A DNA stretch of 63,178 nucleotides, filler included, from Lenisia limosa (lineage: Eukaryota; Protista; Breviatea), in assembly GCA_001655205.1 (NCBI GenBank). It is 13 parts of 13 records of this genome, joined end to end, with 100 filler letters (N's around TTAATTAATTAA, not from the genome) between each part and the next. Parts side by side here need not be neighbours in the genome. Positions count along the whole stretch, not along the records: positions 13,971 to 24,265 come from LPNZ01001683.1; 12 more parts are not named here. One strand, written 5' to 3'. The notes under the pieces were generated by a model. The model saw nothing but the letters and a program-made list of their open reading frames with translations. It searched no databases and was not told the origin of the DNA. The position numbers were made by a program, and so were the translations under genes. Positions within the stretch are counted from its first letter, which is position 1; each line of letters opens with the position of its first letter. Below, in pieces: positions 13,971 to 24,365 of this stretch.

Positions 13971-16900
13971 TCCGCCTCCGAACATGCTGCTCAGGTCAGG
14001 CATACCCCCGGGTGCTCCTCCAGCGCCTAGGGGGGAGTAAAACGAAGGCAATTTCGATGAAGAATATTGACGTAAAGGTACTTATCACGAACCGAATAAT
14101 CTGAAACTCCAAACAAGCAACCAACGGATGACAAACACAAAAACAAACACAAGCCAGGTGAGATGGAATCAAAAACAACAATATCAAACTTGACCCACCC
14201 CCGCGCACCTCCAGCGCCGAAGTTAGCGAAGGGGTTCTCAGCATTTGCGTTGCTATTGGGGATTTCTTCAGGCTCTTCATCGGAGCTGTTCTGAATAGTC
14301 AGACGTGATGCCTCCGTCATAGAGCTGTTATAAATGACTCTAATAATATAACTGTTCCAACTAGTAGAGGGGAAGACTCTCATGATATATACTATGTAGC
14401 TGATTGAAAGAGAATGAAAGTGGACGACTCTCAGAAAGCAGTTTGAGTGCGAAACACCAACAGTCCCTCAAATACTCGCCTCCCTTCCCATGCCGCGAAG
14501 CCAACCATTTCCTCGACTTCGGTTTTGAAGTTGCCGGCGGTGTCGTTGCAAGGTTGTGCGGTTTCCTTCAGCTTGGCCTTGGCAGCTGAGAGTCCTTCTT
14601 GGGCAACCATGTTCGTGGGGTCACGGTCTGGATGTGTTTATTAATAATGAGAAAATATAATATAATCTAGGGTTACAAAAGAAAAATACATAGCAAGGGG
14701 GTGATAGTGGTTTGAATAATGTGCTGAAAAAGAATCAATATGATGAACTACAAGTCTTGACCGATTTTTCTGAAGGGAAATGTTATTTCACCAACATTAA
14801 CCACAGCAACTGAAGCAAAAGGACCCCCCCCCCNNNNNNNNNNNNNNNNNNNNNNNNNNNNNNNNNNNNNNNNNNNNNNNNNNNNNNNNNNNNNNNNNNN
14901 NNNNNNNNNNNNNATGTTGAAGTATGCAAGTCTGTTGTGTTAGAGTAGGCAAGTCTGGTAAAACATGCAGATATTCATACACATACTCGTTTTTAGAAAC
15001 AGTATCTGTCCTATTCTGAGAAGTGTAGAAATAGAGCACGAAAATAACTAGAAAACAAAGCAATAAAATCACCAGACAGAGAGATTGACAATGGGTACCC
15101 TCCCTCACCCCAAGCGACTGTAGGACTTGACGTAGTTGGGGTCGATCTTGATGGCGGCTTCACAGTCAGAAATTGCCTCGTTGTCTTTGGAAATGTGGGA
15201 GAGGGCGGCAGCTCTGAACGCGTGACGTATTGGTTATGGTACTAGTAGACTACATTAGAAAACAAAGTAATATGAGGAACTGCATATCATTTGTGTTATG
15301 TTATGTGTTCCATTGAGCAAAAGGCTAAAAGAACATGAGACTCAACACAAGATTCAAAACAAGCAAACCTGTTAGCATAATAAATGGCACAGTGGGGGTA
15401 CGCCTCGATAGCGAGTGTATATTCCTGAACGGCAGCCTGGTAGTCTCCAGATTGAAGGAACCCATTTCCTGATACTGTGAGCAAATACTCTGTGCATACA
15501 GTATTACATAGTAATATATAGTTGTAAGGCAAAAAGATTGGGTGAATTAATATTACACTATAATTCAATATCTCTTATAAGCGTGGGTGTTGACGGCTTC
15601 GGCCAGATACACCTTATTTTTTATTTCTCAATGCTCTTAATATAATATACACTATACTCCATACCTTATGATAACTTATATTATCATATAGCAATGATGA
15701 AGAATTGAAAAATAAAAGATAATAGTTTTGCTACTGTTGAATAAGCCATAACAATAATATGAGCTTCCAGCAGCCAGAAAACTGACACAATCAAAAGTCA
15801 CCATCTAAGAACACGATATTTTATAATTCTCCCAAACCAGATTTTTTGTGTTCGTCACCAAGAGACTTTGCGGTCATATCGTCCTTCTAAAAAAAGTCAG
15901 GAAATCTGATCTTTTTTCTCACCAGAAAACAATGGTACAATACATGTATATTTCATCATTCAGAATATTTAATAAAAGAGAGTAGTACCTGACCGAAGCC
16001 ATCCACGCTTAGAAGATATAATGCAATAATGAAAACCCCAAACCTGAACCGCAGGACCGTATTTGAGCTCAAACTTCATTTTGGCCTTGGAATAGAGGTC
16101 ATTGAAAGCTACAATTGGTAAATGATAATGTAACTCTCTGTGTACTAACTTCTTTGCCATATTTCACAATAAAACCAAGACTGAAACCATACCTGCAGAG
16201 CCGTATGGCGCAGACGCAAAGGCACCCTTGTCCTCCAGGGTCTTCAGGAATCTCTCAAAACGGGCATCCTCCTCTTCCGGGCCTTGAACGTAATGAGGAT
16301 GGAAAATTTTTGGAACAAAAAAACAGCTCTCTTGACAAAAATTTGACATGCACAAGGTTTGAAAACAAAAAAATAAATAAACAAAGCTCAGAGTAGCTCC
16401 GCAGCACCACACCTCATTACATGATACATCCATTCCTTTACCCCCTCCCCCTCCCCCTCCAACGAAGTTCAACGAATGTCTCTTCCTCCTTTTGGGGGGC
16501 TGAAGGTGCTGGAGAGCCGTCTAATTGTCAGATGGAGTCAGAATATATCATAGAAATGAGAAAACGAAGGTGTAGAACTGAGAAGAAAAAATAAGGAGTA
16601 TATGGCTGAAGAGGTCCACCATCAAGATTATACTACATAAGATGATATATAACATTAATTCAACCAATCGTTTGTCTTACAACTCCGTACATGAAGATAT
16701 TACTGGGTAGTATTCCATAAAAAGACACGCATTATCTAATTTATTATATCCTCCACCCACTAAATGATTCTTGAAACTCGACCAGCTTCTGTGAAAACTC
16801 GTCGAGAGGAACAGGGGTCTCAAATTCGGTAAAGCCAAAAGCAGCAGCAAGTGACTCTGTTGCAATCTAGGGTGGTGTGATCAAACTATGATGAAGCTCA

Positions 16901-17379
16901 AATTAATACGAGGATCATCTTCAAAAGTCCCTCGCAACCATGTTCACACAACCCCAAGGTACCAAGCCAAGACGGATTGTTTTTTTTAGAAGAAGAGACA
17001 CCAGAGGACAACAGGCTGTACAAGGCTGAAGCCATCCTCTCTACCTATCTCTTGTATATTTCCACAATTTGCTTGAATTAGTCAAAAAAAATCTCTCTCC
17101 GTAAACCTCAACAGTGTAATAAATCTGAGCACACAGCTGAACTGTACGACAAACAATTTCAATCCTCATCTATTAGGATATTGCCAAAGGCCAAAGCCAA
17201 AAAAATTAATTTTTATACACTCTTCATATATAATAACTTGCAAAATGAATATAATCCCTTGTTATGCGCGTTCATGAAACACCAACCTCAAGATTGTCAG
17301 GATCTTCAACTGAGGCTGCCACGGCGTCGGAAGCAAGCCATGCGGTAAATGCCTGGATCAAATCTTTTGTTACAAGCAT
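13971..17379 (-). CDS. SGTA: Small glutamine-rich TPR co-chaperone (SGTA/Sgt2), 3' end in gap
   Basis: N-terminal dimerisation-like LIQAFTAWL..DNLE|IATESLAAAFGF; TPRs GNGFLQSGDYQAAVQEYTLAIEAYPHCAIYYANR and AAALSHISKDNEAISDCEAAIKIDPNYVKSYSRLG; Gly-rich GGAPGGMPDLSSM. Confidence 0.85.
14027..14105 (-). repeat. Intronic repeat family B (ends at 3' splice site), representative copy
   Basis: cagattattcggttcgtgataagtacctttacgtcaatattcttcatcgaaattgccttcgttttactcccccctag. Other copies at ~27905-27960(+), 33942-34018(-), 36830-36860(-), 50020-50075(+), 50415-50450(+, partial) and 52295-52346(+). Confidence 0.85.
15520..15635 (+). repeat. Dispersed repeat family C containing a ggc-TTCG-gcc hairpin, representative copy
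   Basis: aatatctcttataagcgtg(at)ggtgtggacggcttcggccagatacaccttattttttatttctca. Copies at ~20790-20860 (degenerate), 24820-24876, 26935-26975, 26990-27030, 36520-36600 and 56595-56655. Confidence 0.85.
16290..16425 (-). repeat. Intronic repeat family A (~130-150 bp, runs toward 3' splice site), representative copy
   Basis: Approximate consensus gtgatgggatgcggtgctgcagaagcgactggYctgggctttgtttg..cttgtgtgctgtcagccaaRagagttgattttgggctttttttgtttcataaattttccaWttttactcccccag. Copies or fragments at ~24445, 26735, 30644, 33345, 34265, 36758, 48700, 49245, 49570, 50200, 50500 and 58375. Confidence 0.85.
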
Positions 17380-17619
17380 ACTGTTATTTTAGCAACCAGT
17401 ACACAAAGAGAAAGGCTCTGCGAAAAAGGTGGTTGAAGAAGTCTCGGCTCCGTCGGCTCCGCATATTTAAAGAAACAGATAATTTAAATTTACCTATTTT
17501 GATTGATTGATTAAGGTATGTATTATGATGCATACTTTTAAAAAAAGCTATATTTAGACTTTGCTCTCATTTTCCTTGAGCATTTTGTTTTTCTTCTTCT
17601 CCTGGATTAATTGTTTTAG

Positions 17620-19081
17620 ATGCCATTTGCCAACGCTGAAGGAAAGACCGTCCCTGACGTTAAGTTCCCCGTCATCACCAAGGAAGGTTTCAAGGTATGT
17701 TCATTCCAATGACCACGCTTTCTTTTATAGACGTGCACATTCTTCTCACCTTTTTAGGCTGTCTCTACTGATGACCTTTTCAAGGTATGCGAAAATTGAT
17801 GAGTAATCAATTCAAGGAACCTCCTGAAATTAGGTCTATGCCTTAAATGAAGACTTTAATGAATATATTCTTAAGTCCCATTGATTGTAACGTTTTCAGG
17901 GAAAGCGCGTCGTTGTCTTCTCTCTCCCCGGAGCTTTCACCCCCACTTGCTCCTCAACTCACCTTCCCCGCTACAATGAGCTCGCTGAAGTCATCAAGGT
18001 CAGCACTCTGGTGATTTTTTTCTTGGATAACAGTTCCGACTTTGGAAGGTTCTCTTCTGACCCTTCTTTAGGCCCAGAAGGTCGATGACATCATCTGCAT
18101 GTCCGTTAACGACACCTTTGTCATGAACGAGTGGCGCCGCTTCCAGGAGGCTGAGAACATCACGTAGGAGAGCGGATCTCTTCATCATTTCATCGTCTTC
18201 ATCTCGTTTGGAGCAGTTTAACCATCATATAGATTTTAACTTCATGTTTTCACACTTCACACGCGACCATGACACAATGTTAAAAATTCTTCTGTTCTTC
18301 GTTGACAACCAAGCATTCCAGTGTTAACCCCCCTTCAGCCTCATTCCCGACGGCAACTGCGAGTTCACCGAGAAGATCGGCATGATGACCGACAAGTCCG
18401 CAATCGGCTTTGGCAAGCGCTCATGGAGATATTCCATGGTTGTCAACGACAAGGTATGTGGAGCGGTGGAAACTTCTGTACATGTCTGTGCGTATGTACC
18501 TGTGTTTGATTTTTGTCATTCACGCCTCCAGGTTGTTGAGAAGATGTTCATTGAGCCCGAGGTTGAGGGCGACCCATTCGAGGTTTCCGACGCTGACACC
18601 ATGCTCAAGTACCTCAACCCCAACGCCCAGCCCCCCAAGTTCTTCACTGTCTTCTCGTAAGCATCTGATTCTTTTTCTTCTCTCTTTGAACTTTGACTTC
18701 CTTTTCTTTCTCCTTTGCTCCATTCATCATCAACAGTCGCCCCGGCTGCCCCTACTGCGCCAACACCATTGCCCTCATGAAGAGCAAGTACGTTCGGAAT
18801 CATTTACAAAAACAACATCCTTTTAAACGGCCTGCTGGGTTCCGAAAATATAATTTGACCAATTTTAGGGGCTGCAAGTACGAGGAGATCACTCTTGGCA
18901 AGGACATCACTTCCAAGTCTCTCACTGCCGTCTCCGGCGCCTCCACCACCCCCCAGGTAAGAATACTGTCCAGATGACACCCCCCCTTTTGTTTTTTAAA
19001 ATAATTTGTTCCCAGGTTTTCTACAACGGAAACCTCATTGGAGACTCTGTCAAGTTTGCTGAGTTCGCCAAGACCCTCTAA
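17620..19081 (+). CDS. PGdx: Hybrid peroxiredoxin (Prx5-type)-glutaredoxin, 9 exons
   Basis: [100 protein letters not shown], fused to Grx [31 protein letters not shown]. Confidence 0.95.
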
Positions 19082-19543
19082 GTTCTCTGTCGTCCTTGTG
19101 CCATGAAAATTATTTATGTTTCATTGAGGATTTGTGAGATTACCCCTATGACTGCCCTATGATGTGCCTATGATAAGTTCCCCCAAGTCTGTTGGTTGGT
19201 GGAGTTGGTTGCTCTGAGAGCATCGGAGAATGGAAAATGACAGAAAACTTTATATTATGATAAATGACCATCACCATTTCCCTGCGCCGGCGGGTCTAAC
19301 TTCGATTTCACTTCTTTTATACAAGAGAGGACCCGGCGGCGGATCGGGAAACAACTATAACCATCATCTAGAAGGGACCAGATAGACAATCAAAACCTGG
19401 GGGACGGGGGCCATCATGCCCTTTTAAAGGCTCAAACTCCCCGATCCCGCTCCTTTTGCTAGGAGTATTATTGTATTTATTGTATTATAGACGCTGAGAC
19501 GAAGAGGTATTCACCGCACCACTCTTCATCTCAATCTTCGACA

Positions 19544-22235
19544 ATGGCTAAGCTCTTCCTGGTAGCACTTCTTGCGCTACTAGCACCACTGTGCTCGGCT
19601 GCAGTTTTCAGGGCACCGTTTACAAGGAATCTGTCCCTTGAAATGAGAGTGGGTTACTGCACGCACATCTTCTCATTCCATTTGCACATCTACAACCACG
19701 AATAGCCAGGGTAATTTTTTTATTTTGTGTTGTGTTGTTTTGTTTATTTGTTTTGTGATTTCAAATCACAAGCCATTCGAGATGCTTTTTTTCAGATTGG
19801 ATATCCTGGTGTGACTGTGTTTGTGCTGCTTTAGACAGACATGTGAATATCTCAAACGAACCCCTAACTGCTCGACCACCGACCATAACTGACCAGGGAT
19901 ACGATGTAAAAGTCGCACGCCTCCTCCTCACGCAGCTCGGCTACCTGTCATACCCCATCTCAGACCACTACGACCACACGACGGCCACGGCGGTGGTGCA
20001 GTTCAATAGTGACTATGGCCTTGAGCAGGGTTGGATGGTTATGTCTTATATCACTTTTTGGGGCTATCATTTTCCGCAGTGATAAGATATCCACTCATGT
20101 GATAATTGACCGACAAAGTCTCAGCGATACTCTGATACATAATGGATGAAATCTTCTTTCATCATTTCGACTCGAAAGTCTGGCATAAGGTTCCCCTCTT
20201 TTTACCCCCCTCCCCAACTTACGCCAATATTCTTCCGTTGTCAATGTCGATATCTGATATCATCTAATTCTTCCCACGTTCTCGATAAATCTTATACTAC
20301 CCCTTTATTTTTGGACCATTGAGAAGCCTTACTAACATGATACAGAAGGTCTGCATGCGGCCGCGCAGTCGCTGCTCCTTGACCTTGCCCCAATCGATTC
20401 CTATATCGACGCCGGCGGACATCTTCCGAGCCCGTATAAATATAAGGTTTGCAAGGGGGGGTATGTCAGAAACAAATAAGCTTACAATTTTAAATTTTAG
20501 CTAAATTTACGTGAAAACTTAAACCCCGAGGGTGCCTCTTAGTCTCTCCAAAAACTTAGTATTCTTATTATCACTTTTCGGGTCATTTTCACACAGTCAG
20601 AGCTATTTCTGTTCATCATTTCGACTCCTATCTCACTACTACCCACTCATCTCTTCATAAACCCCCTGTCTTACTGTTGACCATGATTTTAGGTTTTGGT
20701 CACTGTTTGTGAAGATCGCACTATTCAGGTATGCTGGGGAGGCACGCAGAAAGATGTGTGCATAGATTTGTAAAGCAAATGATGGGTTGAATTACTAATA
20801 TAATCCAATATCTCCTCTAAGTATGGTGTGGATGACTTTGACCTGATACTTTAATTTCTTGTTTCTACCTACTATCATAGTATTCAACAAAATATGAGAT
20901 GCTTGGAAAAGGTCATCTACGAGTTCACAAACAAGCGCACCTCATATTTTGACAAGCCCTATATACGATGTAATATATATTTCGATAGTTCACCGCTCTT
21001 GTTCCAAAAATACAACTTTAAGCTTCTTTTTATTTTTACTACGGGTTCAAAAATAATCTGCACCTCAGATTTGGTTGAGCCGTATATAGACTGAATTTCT
21101 CGATAAATCTTCGAGAATTATCGATATTTTACCAGTATTTTTCGTACTGGAGTGAAGCCCTAATAGTATATCGATTATTAATCAGTCATTATCATGATTA
21201 GAGTGATTTCTAAATATTGGCCTAACGCAACAGCCAATTGCGAAACTGCTGAATTCCACTGGGCACGTGATCCATTCCTTCCGAGCCCGACTGAAGGGCC
21301 AGAGCGACTCCAACGGCCGCTCCATATCGGAGGNNNNNNNNNNNNNNNNNNNNNNNNNNNNNNNNNNNNNNNNNNNNNNNNNNNNNNNNNNNNNNNNNNN
21401 NNNNNNNNNNNNNNTCAACTCACTTTTTACACCTTAGTTTGGCTCTGATGGTGACACTCCCACAGGCCTCTATTTGTTTGACCTCAACTCACCCGGTACG
21501 TTTTGGTTTTATATTGTAGTCGCCCTGGACTGGCTTTGTTTGTTGTTTGTAATCATGGGCATAACGCGTTAATGGGCTTATTGGCTTCAGAAGGTGACGA
21601 CGACCTCTACGGACCCTACCCAGTCAACCGTGCGACTGATGGTATGCTCAGTTTTTATCTGAATCGATTGTGTCATCTTCGATATAATAATAAACAATGA
21701 CGCTGGCAGGTCTTGCTGGTAACGCAGCTATTGCCTATAAATCAGGCGGCCCGAGGAGCGGCATTCTCCTGCATACTGGCTCCTGGGACAAGTCCGGTTC
21801 GGATACCATGGAGGACTCTCATGGTTTGAAGGGTGGTAGTAGGAGTAGTTTGTGCGCTAAAAGAGGGACGTTTGACTTAATTATAAATTAGTGCAATAAT
21901 AAGTTCATATTTTTTTTGTTTTGTGCGCCAGTGACGGAAGTTGGTTTTCATTTCCAACGTGTTTAGGATGTATTCACGCCCACCAAGACGATATCCGCAC
22001 AATATGGAAGAAGCTTGTTGCTCTTGGTGTTGAAGTGGGGAGGGAGGCCTGATAACTTACCAAATAAAACGATTCGCTGTAAAAGAACCAGCTCCAATAG
22101 TGATTGCGATTCACCATACTGTGTTTTCTATTCTTATCCCCGCAGGTCCGAGAGAACCCCTTCGGAACTCGGCCATATCCCTTCGCACCCCAGGGCCTTT
22201 TGTCGGTGCAAAGGGGGAATTGCCACAACTTCTGA
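19544..22235 (+). CDS. Secreted protein: peptidoglycan-binding domain plus L,D-transpeptidase-like (YkuD) catalytic domain
   Basis: Signal peptide MAKLFLVALLALLAPLCSAA; PG_binding_1-like LSLEMR|GYDVKVARLLLTQLGYL..YDHTTATAVVQFNSDYGL; GDTPTGLY; ILLHTGSWDKSGSDTMEDSH|GCIH fits H-X14-SHGC. Confidence 0.82.
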
Positions 22236-22469
22236 AGCTTTATGTCTTGTCTTAATTTATATTTCTATTGATCTACCCCTCTTCAATCCATAGATTATGA
22301 ATGTTAGATTATACACTATTTGACACAAAAACAGACACCAAAGAATTTGGAGGCACTGAGCTGCCTATCGTAAGCTGTCCCAACTCGCCTCCCATCTGAC
22401 ATCAGAAAACCTTACATCTCACCGAAAACAGCGCATTTGAGCACAGCAAACCAATAGAAAAGACTACGA

Positions 22470-24210
22470 AAGAACACTATGACGATGAAACGAACGTGGC
22501 CTCGCGCCCTCTGAGCATCTCCTGGACCTCTTCCGTGCTGATGTAAAGGTCCGGGTCCTCTCCCTCCATTGTTCCAAAGGGAACTGGCTTCCAGTTGCTG
22601 AGGCCTAGAGGGATAAGGTTATAATTTTTGAGGGGCGATCAGGATTCTTAGAGCAAAATGTAATTGTGATAACTTTGGCACCGTGTGATACTAATGTCAT
22701 ACGAAAAACTCGGAAATAGATTGTTAGAGATTTCGCCTCACAAATCTATACACAGTTTTCTCCGTGCCTCCCATTAATAACGATTCACCCATCATTTGCA
22801 TTTCAACTTCGTGGACTTGTAATACTCCCATCCCACTGGTCCAGGGCGAATCAGAGGCGGCCACTTCCGCTTCCATTGACTCAATGTCGATCTAGGGCGT
22901 GAAGGCGGTTTTGAGAAGAATGGGTGTGCTAAAGAATACAGAAGAGGGTGTTATAGAAGAAAGGGGGTGATAAAGGTTAGAACGGAACTGAAAAGAACGA
23001 GGAAGAGGTTAGACAAGAATTTTGGTGTTCCAGAAAATGACAGCATCTACCAGCAAAACACGACCCCATGCCTACCGCGCTTTTGGAAGAGGGAGTCACA
23101 GATTTCGGCTTCTTTTCGAAGAGCCTGGAGAAGGCATGGAGACGCTTCCTCGGGGCCTGGGTGGCCATTTCGGGGCTGACACTCGCGTAGCATGGCATGG
23201 CCTCCAGAGTGGGGGAGGGCGTGGAGGCGGCTGCGGAGGTGTGAATAGGGCTTCACTTCGGTTCGGGAAAATATATCTATTTTCGAGGATTTATCGAGAA
23301 TTTCAGTCTTTTTTCGAACCGAAGTGAAGTCTTAGGTATGAAGGGCATTTCAATGAATATTGAGGTGAGAAGGCATGGGAAAGCATGCTTAGGCATCTTA
23401 TCCAAATCATACTAATATTATTACCTCCCAACCTGGGGGTGCGGTCAGCACAATGCTTTGTTTTTCAACAGCTTGGGACAGAAGCTTGAAGAGTGAAAAT
23501 AACAACAGAATAAAACACAAGAAAAAAGAAGAGAATTCCCATTAAATAGAATAGAAAATCAACTCCCCCCACCAGTGCCGCTTGAACTGCTGAGAGGTTC
23601 CTTGCGGGGAGCTGGGCTAACAAGTCACTGACCGTCTGGTAGCACTTTGCCGTTCTAACAGGTCAGGAAGAACACTGCAATGATTGCCTTGATCCCCAAG
23701 AAAGAAGATAATAGATTGTGGAATTACCTGAGAAATTTACAATTTGAAGTGAGGCAACATTAAATGTCTTAATTCCACCAAAAAAAACTGCACAAAGGGC
23801 CAAAACGCTCCGCCCACTGTTGGTTCAAAAAGGCCTGGCCATTTTTGAGCAAGTCTTCCAAAGCATCCGCATAACCGAGCTCGTCAAATTTCTGAAGGAA
23901 TTGTGAGCAAGACAAAATGCACAGGGGACCCATTTTGAAGAAATTGAAATGGGGTTAATGACGAAAACGAAACAAAAACTGGAACAAGTATTGATGATAA
24001 TTCTCAGAAATATATAGCTTAACACCCATTTTGATACACAAAACGAAGTAGATGAGGCGAGAAGCCCCTTCTACCCTCCACTCTTCTTCGTTACCACAAC
24101 GAACCTCAGTGTTAGTGACCTTATTGAAGTCCTGTGGCCCGGCCTTCTGTGCTTTCTCTCGCGCAATTCTTTCGCCTTTGCGGGACCTTCGGAATCAAAG
24201 AGCTTCAGCT
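22470..24210 (-). CDS. Multi-exon gene of uncertain function (weak RhoGAP-like hint)
   Basis: GC-richer exon blocks with GT-AG borders on the minus strand, e.g. VSDLLAQLPARNLSAVQAAL and GLSNWKPVPFGTMEGEDPDLYISTEEVQEML. Confidence 0.45.
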
Positions 24211-24365
24211 CAGATCGGTTTAATAACAAATATCGAGAAATTCGATATTGGGGAGGGAAGGGGGTNNNNNNNNNNNNNNNNNNNNNNNNNNNNNNNNNNN
24301 NNNNNNNNNTTAATTAATTAANNNNNNNNNNNNNNNNNNNNNNNNNNNNNNNNNNNNNNNNNNNN

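Noticed and set aside
17620-22235. Bacterial contamination as the source of PGdx and the LDT-like gene
   Set aside because: Both have many GT-AG introns carrying the same motifs as neighbouring eukaryotic genes and are contiguous with SGTA.
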